A stretch of 64,000 nucleotides of DNA from Eledone cirrhosa (taxonomy: Eukaryota). The position numbers and the translations under genes are program-made. The stretch lies in the NCBI GenBank assembly GCA_964016885.1, contig OZ024742.1, positions 70,556,001 to 70,620,000 on the forward strand, read 5' to 3'. Under the pieces are notes generated by a model that did no database searches, had not been told where the DNA came from, and was given only the letters and a program-made list of their open reading frames with translations. Position 1 is the stretch's first letter. Every line of letters starts with the position of its first letter. This document shows, in pieces, positions 51,241-63,139 of the stretch.

Positions 51241-53061
51241 TCACTCACCCTTCGCCTCCTGGGGACCAGGCCGCACGATTTCCATGGGGGTGTTGGAGGG
51301 GTTGTCTGGATGGGTGGTGGTTTCCGGCGGGGTGAGGACGCAGATGTTTGGTGGGGTGGGGTCTGGTGGGATGGGGGTGTCTGGGGTGGGGAGGCATTTG
51401 AGAAGGACGCGGTTGAGTGGTTTCACGCAGGAATTCCCCACATCCTTCTCAAATGTTTCTTTTAGGGACCTATAAGTTTGTATAGGGACCCTAATCAGTT
51501 TTAGGTTCAGTTTTTTGCTATTTTTTATAGAGTGGGCGAAAGTTTTCCCTTCGGTGAAAACCGAAGGGTCGTTCGTGATGGTCTCCATTAGTGTTTTGTT
51601 TTCAGTGTTTATGTAAGTGTAAGTGTAATTTTCTTGTGTTGTGTTTGTTTTTGTCTGTAGTTCTTGTGTGTGCTTTCGTTTTGTTGTAGGTATTTTGTTT
51701 TCAGGAGGTGGGGGTTTTGTTTGTGATATTTTTGTTGTTTGTGTTGGTGGTTGTATGTTTGTGGTAGTGTTTGCTGGTTTTTTGCTTTTGTGATGTCTTT
51801 TCTTTCTTTTCGAGCGATGGGGTTCTCCCTCGTCTTCACTGGGTGATGGCGAGATAGCCTCATCTGTTGTATCGTCTGTGTGATTGGGGAGGGGTATGTC
51901 TTGGGGAGCTGTTGTGTCTGTATGTGATTTTGCAGTGGTTTTAGGTGGAGTGGGGTTGGGTGGGACTGTGTTTGTTGTGGTTATTTTTGTGTGTTGGTGT
52001 TGTTGTTGTGGTGGTGTTGGTGGTTGTGTTGTTTTGATGGGTGTCGGCAGAAGAGCCTTTTTTTGGTTCATTAGTTTAGGACAGGAAGCCCTCAGGTGAC
52101 CCCTGCTAAAGCAATGGTAACATGAAGGCCGCCTACCCTCAACCGAAAGGTTTATGTAGGTAAGTCCGTCCAGGAGTACACGCTGTGGGATCATAGCTAT
52201 TCGCTCTGGGCTCATTTGCACTAGAACTTCAATGCTAGTCCCATTGAATACATCTCTGGGGGACTTTCCTACTGACAGTATTCTGTCTTCATCAAAATTG
52301 ATGAAGCCGCACAGTATCCACCATATGTTCACCTTTGGTGTGACACTTGTGATTCTGATCTTTTGTGTCCTTTTTCCCATGTATGTAGGGAAAAAGGTGT
52401 ACAGGTTGGATACAATTGGCGACACAGAGTAATTTTGGGCCGTCAATTGATCCTTCATCAGTACTGAAATACTCCCAAAAAGTTTGCTTCTTTGAATGAA
52501 TGCAATATCATTCATTGAATCTTTGAAAACCAGTTCAATATCTTTCTGTGACAATTGGACTGGTTTTCGGGTAGAATTGGAAACTGTCCTAAAAACTATC
52601 GTTTTGAGAGCAGTTTCCTTGCGAATTTCTACCGGAGAATTGATGCTGAAAGCACCATTTTTCTCGAAGGTGACATATCTCTTAGCGTCCTTTAAAAGGT
52701 GTTCAGCATTTGTTATGTCGAGATATATCAATTGTTCTTTCTTTTGAACTTTCTCCGCAAAGGAGATTTTTGGTTTCTTTGTGGAATCCGTATTGGTGGT
52801 GTTGTCATTATTGTTGTTATTCTTGTTGTTATTCTTTTTGTCACCGATGTTGGTATCATCCGTATTTTCCTTGGTGTTGTTGTTGTCTTTGATGCTGGTG
52901 TTATTGGCGTTGTCTTTATTTTTTTCTTTGTTGTTGTTATCATTGTTGCTTTTATCATCATTATTGGTTTTGCTGTTATTTTTGTTGTCATTGGGCTGTT
53001 TGGTGTCATTTGTGTTGTTTGGATGTGAATTCGTTTTTTTATTTTCATTTTGTCTTTCCAT
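51241..53061 (-). CDS. L1/Tx1-clade ORF1p (606 aa) with gag-type zinc knuckle
   Basis: SFAEKV motif, CYHCFSRGHLRASC (CX2CX4HX4C), an N-rich N-terminus and P/T-rich linkers. Homologous remnants are in copies A and G. Confidence 0.9.
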   Translation of the reverse strand: MERQNENKKTNSHPNNTNDTKQPNDNKNNSKTNNDDKSNNDNNNKEKNKDNANNTSIKDNNNTKENTDDTNIGDKKNNNKNNNNNDNTTNTDSTKKPKISFAEKVQKKEQLIYLDITNAEHLLKDAKRYVTFEKNGAFSINSPVEIRKETALKTIVFRTVSNSTRKPVQLSQKDIELVFKDSMNDIAFIQRSKLFGSISVLMKDQLTAQNYSVSPIVSNLYTFFPTYMGKRTQKIRITSVTPKVNIWWILCGFINFDEDRILSVGKSPRDVFNGTSIEVLVQMSPERIAMIPQRVLLDGLTYINLSVEGRRPSCYHCFSRGHLRASCPKLMNQKKALLPTPIKTTQPPTPPQQQHQHTKITTTNTVPPNPTPPKTTAKSHTDTTAPQDIPLPNHTDDTTDEAISPSPSEDEGEPHRSKRKKRHHKSKKPANTTTNIQPPTQTTKISQTKPPPPENKIPTTKRKHTQELQTKTNTTQENYTYTYINTENKTLMETITNDPSVFTEGKTFAHSIKNSKKLNLKLIRVPIQTYRSLKETFEKDVGNSCVKPLNRVLLKCLPTPDTPIPPDPTPPNICVLTPPETTTHPDNPSNTPMEIVRPGPQEAKGE

Positions 53062-53094
53062 CTCTATAGTATCTAGTGAAGAAGACGTTGTTTA

Positions 53095-53599
53095 TAGATA
53101 GATATATTTCTTTATTAGCCACAGGGGCACAAAAGAAGGGGACAAATACAAAGGGGGAAGTTTACATACAATAAAAACGTGTAAAATGTTATCACAGATG
53201 GAATTTAAAAGTTAGTCGATTTTCCCCAATAGAGGGAGACAGTTTATATGGGTAACACATACCCCCGAAAAAAATGTGCAACCCTCATCTCCAGGAGTAC
53301 GAAGAGCTTGTACTCCTTTCCTCTCCTCCTCCTTTTCCTCAATCTACAGGCTGATATAGAGAGAAGGCCCATTCACTCGGGCCATTCTCGCCACTTTCAC
53401 CCACCTTTCATAAAACTTGCTGGGGTACAGCACCTCTCTCTCCATCCTGATTCTTCTTCCAAAGTGGTATTTGAAAAAAAGAATCAGTTGTTGGCCGGAG
53501 AGAAAGGTGTCTGACCTCAGCCCTTTCAACCTTGTCCACCATACAACCTCTTTCGCCATAGCTATCACACAAAGGAAAACCGCCTCTCCTTCGTTTTTG

Positions 53600-53601
<2 letters not shown>
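53095..53601 (-). mobile_element. Tx1-like copy F (subfamily 2), 5'-truncated
   Basis: Nearly identical to the 3' end of E. Confidence 0.92.
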
Positions 53602-53685
<84 letters not shown>

Positions 53686-56600
53686 GATAGATAGATAACC
53701 CATAAAGGATTGGGACAAATACAAAGGGGGGAAGTTCACATACAATAAAACGAGTACAAAAATATAACAAACAAAATAAAACAATCGACGTCCTCAATAG
53801 GGAGGGGGCGTTTTGGGGGTCCCCCCCCCCCGAAAAAATGTGCAACCCTTCTCCTCGGGAGCACAAAGAGAGGGTGCTCCCTTCTTCTCCTATTCTTTCC
53901 ACCTACAGGCTGATGTAGAGAGAACGCCCATTCACACGGGCCATTCTCGCCACTTTCACCCACCTTTCATAAAACTGGCTGGGGTGGAGCTCCTCTCTCT
54001 CCATCCTGATCCTTCTTCCGAAATGATATCGAAAGAAAAGGACCAGTTGTTGGCCGGAGAGAAAGGTGTCCGACCTTAGTCCTTTCAAACGCGTCCACCA
54101 TACAACCTCTTTCACCATGGCTATTACACAGAGGTAGACCGCCTCTCTTTCGTTTTTGAAGGGGGGAGGCGGTTTGATCGTAACAATGGACTTGGTGGTC
54201 AACCGGATTGGTCCCACCCGTGACAGCATCGTTCCACATAGCCCCACAGGTCGGCAACGCCCGGGCAGTGTACCAATGCGTGCGCGACGGTTTCCCCGTC
54301 GCGCACGCATCTCGGACAGATCTTTTTCGAAGGGTCCCTACCCGGGCACCCGTGTATGTAGAGCTTATCTCGAACTGGCAGAGCCCCACGGTAGCACTGC
54401 CAGGCCAGGGACCTCTGGAAGTTGTCCATCGGTCCCGAGCCAAATGTCCTACCGAACACGCTGGCCAGTTCTTCCTCCTCCATGCCAAGGGCTTCTCCGA
54501 GGGCGTCGTCGCACCTGCTGCTGACCAACCCTCTATAGAATGTCGAGGTGGAGTCTCCACTGATAGCTGGGTCCGCCTGCTAGAGAGCCATGAGCGCCTG
54601 AGCACACGCCGTGTGCCAGGCGCCAAGTTTTCTCGGTCTTTGCTTGACTCAGGATTGCAGCTCGGTAAGCGAGACGAGTCTCGGAAAGGCTCGCCTCACA
54701 AACGGGGCCCACACCGGTTGACCGGTGAGGAATACCTGGAGGTGCCGTAGCCTTAATGCGTATTTACGCATCTGCAGCCACGGCATCCTCAGCCCTCCTT
54801 TCGAAGGGTGTTGACAGCAGATGGATCTCACCAAAGCAGATGTTGACAGCAGATGGATCTCACCAAAGGAGCCTGCTTCTTCCAAAGGAATTGGAAGAGT
54901 GCGCGCTCCATTTTGGTGAGCGTTTCACCTGGGTAAGGCACGACAGTCAAGCGGTAATAGATGACGGACGCTATATAAGCGTTCGCCACCTCCGCCCGAC
55001 TTTTTAGGGATAGTTTACACTCGGCCCACTTCTGGGCCAGTGCAAACACCCTGTTCATTACCTCACCCCAGTTCTTCTCCACCTGGAGGTCTGGTCCGAA
55101 CCAAACCCCGAGCAGCTTCACCGGGCCCTCCGTCCAGCGTCCGACGACGCCGTCTGAGGGCATCGGTTTGCCCCTCCACGCGCCGAGTTGCAAACCGACG
55201 GACTTGTCCCGGTATAGCTTCGCCCCTATAAACCTTTCGTATTCCTCCAGTAAGGTGCCGATCGCCCCGATTTCCGAGGTACTCTACACCATTACTGTCA
55301 CGTCATTGGCGTAGGCCGACACCGCTTTCCGCAATCCCGGTTCCAAGGGGATGCCCTGCAACAACTCCAACTTCCGCAGCAGTGGCTCGAGAGCCAGCAC
55401 ATACAGAAGGGAGGAGAGAGGGTCCCCTGTCGGATAGACCGCGTGATTTGGAACGGCTCCGAGAGGTAGCCGTTCACCTTGACTCTAGAGAGATGCGGCT
55501 GCTGTGCATGGCAGTAATCTAGCCCCTGAAAACTGGTCCGAAACCTGCCGCCGCTAGCACCGCATCCCGGTAACCATGGTCGACCCTATCGAACGCCTTA
55601 GATTGATCCAAGTTGATCAGGGCCCCACCATAGCCGGGTTCATTCCCTACCCTCTCTATGATGTATCGCATGAGGTGGAGGTTGTCGTGAATGGACCTGG
55701 ACGGGATAGCGCATTTCTGCGCATCTCTTACCAGGTTGCCCATGACAAGCGCCAACCTCTTTGCTAACACCTTGGCCAAAATCTTTAACTCCGCATTTAG
55801 CAGAGTTATGGGCCTGAAATTACTTATTTCATCCCCCTTGTTCTCGTCCTTCCTCACTAGCGAGACTACGCCCTTGGTCACAGAACAGGGAATTCTCCCG
55901 TTCTGTTGCCAGTTGCAGTAGACCGCCTCGAAGAGATGGAGAAAAAGTTTGGCATCGCTACATAAAGTTCGTATGGAAGACCATCGAGACCCGAGGATTT
56001 GCGTTTGCCGCATTGGCTCAGCACGTCCCCTATTTCAGCAGCTGAAATCGGCCTCTCGCAGGACTTCGCCTCCTCGTTCGAAAGACGAGGTAGGCCGTCG
56101 AGGTATGGACCGAAATCCCCCCCCCCCCCATCCCCCACCCCCACCCCACCCCGCCCTTCCCGAACAGTCGTGTAAAGTGCCTTTGAAAGGCCTCACACAT
56201 CTGTCCAGGTTCAAGGATCAACCGTCCATCCTGGTCCTTCAAAGACTGGAAATGGATTTAATCCCACTTTTGGCTTCTATCACGCGGGCGCAGCTAACAG
56301 CTTTGGCCCCCTCGTTTCCTAGAGCACGTATTTTGCTTCTGACAACGCAGCCTTCGTGCTTCGCGTCGAAAAACTGGTCTAAGGCCGTTCTCAACGCTAG
56401 CATTCTGGCTACGTTTCCGCTTCTAATCGCCTCTTCTACTCTATCTACCAACTCCCTTTCTTTCCTCTTCCTATCTGAGGCTAATTCCTTACTAAAACCT
56501 ATCGAGACTATTCTAATCTCTCTCATGAGAGATCCCCACCACCTGCTGTTGACGATAGCCCCCGTCAACCGTTCCTTAACTAAAGCGCTAATCCGATCCC

Positions 56601-57700
56601 TGTAAGCTTTACTTGCCGGTAAGGACAAGTTCAGCTTCCAGTAACCGGGTCCCTGTCTATGCGCTCTATCAAGGTTGACTAAGCAGGTCACTAATTTGTG
56701 ATCTGAATAGCCAACCATGCGCATCTCTGGACAACTTAGTAGGTCCCTATCCTTATTTCTAACTAGGACCCTATCTAGGTACGACCTAGATGATCCGCTA
56801 AGGTTAGTCCAAGTCCAGGTTGGCACAGTCGGAAAATCTAGTCGATATCTATCGGCCAGGTCAAATCGGCCGATTAACCGTTTGAGGCTGTTACACCCCT
56901 CTCTATCGGGACATGCCCCTACATAGTTCCAACGTGCATCTAGGATACCATTCCAGTCCCCCACTAAAAGCCAGGAGCGGGACGTCCCTAGAAAAGTCTC
57001 CAGACGTTGGAAGAAGTCCGGCCTCGCTGCCCCAAAAGGGGCATAGGCGGCGACCAGCCTAAAGGCTCCACCTTCACCACTGCCAATGTCTAGTACCACC
57101 AGTCGACCCTCCAGGTCCAAGTGCACCGTCGGCGTTGCGAGTCCCAGGTGTTTTTGCAGCAGAACTACAACCCCACCCCCACCTCCTGGCTGACAGAGAG
57201 ATGCATAGATCTCAAAGTCGTTAAAGGTGGGAGCTAGCTGGCGTTCGCTGCTGACCCTGGACTCGAAAATAGCCATGAGATTTATACTGCGCGACCTGAG
57301 GTCATTTAGAAGTTTTGCCTGCTTCCAAGGTGAGTTCAGGCCACGCGCATTCAAACATCCTACTCTCGATACAGCCATGTTGGCGGCGAAGGGGAAGAAA
57401 AAGAAAAGGCACCTACCTCCTTACATCCCGGGGACCGGGCTGCACAACTTCCATGGGGGTGATGGAGGGGTTGTTGGTTGTGGTGGTGTGGGGGCATCAG
57501 AGTGTGGTGGGGTTGGGGTGTTTGGTGTAATGTGGGTGTCTGTGGTGGTGGTGGGGAAATTTTCAAGAGGACGCGGTTCATTGGTTTTACACGGTGGGGG
57601 GGGGGGGGGGGCACTTACTCAGGAAAATTGTCTTTTAGTTCTATATAAATGTCTATCGGAGTTTTAATCATTTTTAAAGAGAGGTTTTAAAGAGGGGTAC
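53602..57700 (-). mobile_element. Tx1-like copy G (subfamily 3), truncated in ORF1, decayed; longest (TATC)n tail
   Basis: ORF2 at 53903-57378 with frameshifts and stops. ORF1 ends MEVVQPGPRDVRR*. Tail at about 53602-53697. Confidence 0.92.
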
Positions 57701-57719
57701 TGTCGTCGCCAAAGCCATA

Positions 57720-58625
57720 AATAAGATGATATTGAATCGTATCCAGCCGAAATCTGATTCGGTACGTAGAGAAATCTAAAATGGGTTCCGTCCTGGAAAA
57801 TCGACAGTAGCATACATTTTGGCACTTACAAGAATAATTGAGGGTACCCAATGCAACAGCAGAAAAACTCTTATAAAATTCGTTGATTTAAAAAAAGCAT
57901 TCGATAGTGTACATCGAGAAAAAATGTTTCGTATCATCCAAGCTTATGACTTATGACATACCAAATTTTCCAAGTAATATCAAGATCATGAAAACACAAC
58001 AGTCAAGGTAATTACATCTGATGAGGAGACAGATTTCTTCGAAATAGTCGGTGGTGTTTTTCATGGAGACACCTTAGCGTCATACCAACTTCCTCTTTTG
58101 AGAAAAGCAATTAATTGGAAGGAAGCTTGGTTTCCAACTGGAACGGAAAAACAGTTGAAGAATTTCGCCAATTATTCTAACGGATTTGAGACGACATAGG
58201 ACTAATTTCCTAAGCAATAGTGCCAGCGCAACTACTACTGCTAGGGTGAAAACAGAAGCTGAACTGCATCTATAGACCTCTCGGCATAACATCTAAGATA
58301 AGATTGCAACAAGGAAAAGGACAACTTAAAATATCTATTTGCTTGGAGAGAAAGCAGCGGAAACTCACCAGCAGAGAATTGTATAACGGAAAAAATAAGG
58401 CAGAGGAGAATGAAACTTGCAGGTCACTGTGTTCCTCACCATGACGAGATAGCAAGTGATCTTGTTCTGTGAAAACCATCAGATGGATACGCAAACAGAA
58501 TTAGAAAGAAAAGAATTACATCGACAGCCTCCTGAAAGATACCAAGATGAGTAGTGTAGGAGAGCTCAGAACGCTGATGATGGATAGAGAGCTTTTAAGG
58601 GCACATGTAAAGATAAGTAGGTGAC
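57720..58625 (+). mobile_element. Decayed RTE-clade LINE fragment
   Basis: NRIQP..NGFRPGKST, FVDLKKAFDSVHR, GVFHGDTLA and a C-terminal RRMKLAGHC. Confidence 0.8.
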
Positions 58626-59454
58626 CTGGCAATCGGTATAGACAGATACTATTCGTCAACACGTCCAGATGCCAAGATATGAAAGACAGTAAAATCATAT
58701 ACTTTGTAAACAAACTATTTTTATTGAAAGAGTATTTACATATAGTTGCAAACTTGACCGGCTAGTCTTAATTAGAAATCACACTAACACAGCGTGCATC
58801 TGAATAAAGGCATACATGAACCTATATACAATAAGCTTATGTATAATATCTTCAGTGGGAGGAGTGTGCTTATTTTTGTTGGCTTGGCCCAATACATCAA
58901 ACTGTGTTTTGATATTTGTTAGTAATTTCCTTGTGGGAATTTCTAAGTCCTTAATAGTTGAACGGTACTTTTTCTTTATTGCTGTTAAAGCTGAAACTAT
59001 AGTTTTACATAAATGGTAGAACTGTCATTTCTAATTCAAGTAATATTGGAAATTCTGATTTCATATTCAACTAAAATACTTTCATGTTTGGATTTTGAAA
59101 AATCGTATAACAGCTCTGCACATCTTTTAAGTCTTCAAATGAACATGTTTCACCTGTTCCATTCCTATGAATGGGATTTAGACCTAATCTAACTTACAGC
59201 TGCCTATGTCTGATAAAAGATATTCGTGAAACTGTTTTTACATACATACCAAATGTCCGATTAACACAATCAGAACCTCCGAAATTCAAAAGAAAACCCT
59301 GAAGGCTATTTTGAAAACCACAAATGAAATAAAATAAAATAAAATAAAGTTAGCATTGGCTTATGAAGCATTTACTTATTTATTTCTGTAATTCAGAAAA
59401 GTGTATTAAGATTTTTACACTAGCTTTCACCCACCTTTGCCTCTAAAGCAGTAG

Positions 59455-59720
59455 GATCATATTTGAGGGAGATTTGTTTTCAATTTCCAACAATTATAGT
59501 GTCTACCACGACATACATACACACATACAAATGTATGTGCGTGGAAGACAGTTGGGTGTGATTTGAGGGGGATTTTGCTAATATTTCTAGTAGATTGAGG
59601 TATCACATAGAATCTTTACTTTTTACTTCATACATATATACACACATGAGACAGTAAGGTCGGATTTGAAGGAAATTGTGTTGCTATTTCTAACAGGTCT
59701 AGCTAGTTACCACACAAAAA
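59455..59720 (+). repeat. Three degenerate copies of a short dispersed repeat (gatttgagggagattt..gctatttctagcag)
   Basis: The same motif occurs at about 18290, 18555 and 37690. Confidence 0.55.
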
Positions 59721-59736
59721 TCTCATACTACTTTAT

Positions 59737-62660
59737 ATAGCAGAGGTACCCAGGGATGCCTGCGTATTCTCCCAAAGTAATATTATGCAGTAAAGTTGAG
59801 ACTTCAGAATTCCTTACAAACTATATGACTAAGGAATTAGGATCTATGTGTATTGTCATTGAAGTAGGAATTATGATATTATCTTGTTCATATACTTTTT
59901 CATTTCAAAGCCTCTGGATAAACAACATTCTTGGTTTTGCTTTGTGGTGCTACAGTGAAGAGAGAATCAGGGTTTAAACCCATGTAGTACAAACATAGAG
60001 CTGACCATGTTAAAAGACAGGATCTGCCAAGTTCAACCCAACGACTTTCAAAGATTGCCCTTGAGATATATTGATGGTCATGGCAAGACTGAGTCTCATA
60101 GGAAATTGAAGCCTTTGAAATTCAAATGGCAAATCAGTTCGCTTCAGAGGTATTCTGGGAATGAAGCAATTATCACCAGCTAATTTTCCTGCAACTTCTA
60201 GGATATTGGGCATCATAATTTTGATGATGAGTCTTGTGCCATTGCAAGGTTTTGGAGGATCCAGATTACGAAGAAGCATAACTGATGCTTCAGTATCAGG
60301 TTGTGTGGAAGAATCTATGCTAGTTCAAGGCTTCAATTGTATATTCAGTTGGATATTTTACAATCTGGTCATGGGAAGTGGTTGTGTCAACTGATTTGTA
60401 ACATCTTTTCTCTCCGTGTAACATGTCCAGCAGCTTTCTGTTGATTTCTTTCACAGCAACATTTGTCGGTGCCAGGATTTCTCGTTAACATGGTCATTTG
60501 GAATCACATTGTCTGATCTGAATGTTTGGAAAGACTCTGGCAATCAGTTCTTGTTCTGTTTCAATGATATGGTCAAATGACAACTGAATCTGGTCGTTGG
60601 AATCCTTTTAAAGAAGTCCAATTCTCAATTTAAGTGGCAAACTCACTGACACCTTCATCACCAGTCAAGTGCACTGGCATATTGGTTGTCAGGCTCAGTC
60701 GCTGAAAGTAGTGCCAGAGATAGGATACTTTCAGACAGGCATTGACCTGGTCAGCTCGGGTCCCTCAGGCAATTATAGGCAGAGTTTGTCTGAAATAACT
60801 TACAAGAACCATTGTCATTCCTCCCATTATGCAACTATTGTCTATCAGATCACTTATTGTCCGGTCCAAGGCTTCAATTGCTCTTTTATGGCTCATGGTG
60901 GCTTCATCCAAAATTATCATTTTACATGTTTGCAGGTGCTTGCCCTTGGGTGAATTCTTCTTGATGTTTCAAAAAGATTGTTTATGTCGTGTGAAGTCTA
61001 TGAGTGGCTTAAACATGGAGTGTGCAGGTCTTCCTCCATCCAGAAGAGTTGCTGAAATGCCACATAAGCAACAGCAAGGGCAATATATTGCTTTTGGCGA
61101 ACTTTTGCAAATAGGAGTTTTATGAAGAATGCTTTACCTGTGCCAGCAGGAGCATCGTTGAAGAAAAGTTCTCCTCTATCATTTTGAATGTTTTCCATGG
61201 TGGTAGGTATATTTCTGATCATGCGCAAATCGAGGTTCATTTTCATCCACAAACTTACGCAAGGCTCGAATATCGTAGTTTGTCTCCTGAAAGATTTCTT
61301 GTGCTACATCCATTTCTTCATCTGCCTCTGGCATCCCGCAGTTAGATGTGCTATTCATTGCCTAAACTCGGTGGATAAGTCGCAAAGAGATTGATTGTAA
61401 ATCCTGGGGGTATATTCCGTATACATTTTGTCATTGTCTTCGGGTTAGGTGTGGGTATTCTTCCGACATATTATTTTTTGTAATCCTACCAGAATAGATG
61501 AGCTTCGTCAATTCCACATGCTGTGAGCATAATAGTAAACAAATGCCTCATTTGAATGGCTACTCGAGTAACTACTGCTTCTTCTAGGGTCTTCTTCCAT
61601 TGTCCATTGTCATGCAGGAGTCCAGGCTCTTTTAATGTTTTTTGGTATGTTGCACAGACACTTTCTTCGAAGCACCAGAGATCCTCAAATAACGTTGCTA
61701 CTCGAACAATATGCAGAAGTATCCGTAGATAAAAACACTCTTTGGGGTGGACATTGTAAACACACCCAATGGCATCACTTGCCATAACTTCATTACCTTC
61801 CACTAATTGAACCTGTTTCCTTCGATTCCAAGTTTTGTAATTCGTCCAGGTGTAGTATGTTGGAATCTCAGCATACAGAAGGGATTGGGCAAATTCAGCC
61901 TTGTAGCAGAGTTTTAAAAGAGCGGTTGGAGTAGTGTCGGGTGGTACTTGTATCAGCTGGTGGGCGTTAGTCTCAGTGAAGCACATTCTCTGGCCATTCT
62001 CCAGGTGAACTGCTAGGTTGACCACTGTTGGGCGGCGTTGGTGGATATCAAATCCAAAGATCCGCCAGATAGCTTCATTGTTGGATATGTATCGACCTGT
62101 CTGATACCATTTGAGCTCATCCAGCCGAAAACCATTGAGCTCCTTGTCAATAACAAAGGAAACCATGTTACTTTCGTAGATATATTTTGTGATATGTAGT
62201 ATTGCTTTGACGGAGTTGCTATACTCAACATTGATCTGGGATTTTAGGAGTTTGCACAACAATTTGTTGTGTGGGACTTACTCATCGATTGTCTATGGTC
62301 AGCTCCTCTCCCCAAACTGTTAGGCTTGCAGTATTACCTCCATATTCTGGTCTACGCCTACGATAAAGTGGATATCCACCCTTGCAAGTCTGAGTTTCCT
62401 GAATAAAATCTTTAAGATAATTTTTGCTGTTTTTTTTTATATCTTGCATGCAGGATGAAGCTGGGTTGATTACTCCACATAGACCATGGATGAGTTTGGT
62501 CTTCATGGCTTCAAAGAGCTGGATCGTAATCTTTATTGGGCAGCTCTACTGAAATTATCTTGTCGATATCATCTGGTCTTATCGTCTTGCACCTGATTAG
62601 TGTTTGAAAGTGAGGAAGTCCCCTCTTCTACCATTCAATAGTGGTCATCCAGGCACTTTT
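59737..62660 (-). mobile_element. Decayed autonomous-type Helitron (RepHel)
   Basis: Rep EW*KRGLPH, HG.CG..NP...CM, GYPLYRRR and INVE; PIF1 helicase DAPAGTGK, MLLRNL..CNGTRL and QFP.RL..AMTIN.SQGQSL. Degenerate 3' hairpin and terminus near 59737 resemble 6027-6055. Confidence 0.9.
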
Positions 62661-62746
62661 TAAACCATATAATGCAACATTATAAATATTTGTGTTAATT
62701 CAAATAACACTGGGAAAAATAACGAACTAATTTATCTAACAACATA

Positions 62747-62825
<79 letters not shown>

Positions 62826-62829
<4 letters not shown>

Positions 62830-62917
62830 GTAAACAGAAATAACAACACAAACGGTACAGTATATGGAAGGAATACATTAGTTTAACGCTAGAAATAGCA
62901 GGAAAAAGGGCTTAACG
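62826..62917 (-). mobile_element. pLTR tail of the 21864-21982 family, truncated inside the HHR
   Basis: aacagaaataacaacacaa.cggtacagtatatg..ttaacgct..atagcaggaa..cttaacg is shared with 21864-21954 and abuts (TG)n in both places. Confidence 0.75.
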
Positions 62918-63139
62918 ATCTCATATTTTCTTAGCTTCTTATATATATACGACAAGTAAGTATGTTTTGAAACAGCGAGCGAGTTTGAAAATGGAAATAG
63001 AATCTTTCGCCGTTATCTTTTAATAAATAAATTTTAGCCTGATAGTGGTGTTTAGAACCCTCAAAGAAATGGAAAAAGATGATGATACATATGTTGGTTC
63101 TACAAGAGTTAGAAACAGCGATCTTCTCTTCATTTAAAC

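Larger units (their letters stand above)
47517..53094 (-). mobile_element. Tx1-like copy E (subfamily 2) with both ORFs intact
   Basis: ORF1 and ORF2 are open, with a 33-nt spacer, 3' UTR, AATAAA and TATC tail. Confidence 0.95.

Noticed and set aside
51215-51248. 34-nt GT..AG mini-intron fusing ORF1 to ORF2 in copy E
   Set aside because: The product is out of frame with ORF2, the intron is very short, and the AG is absent in copies A and G.
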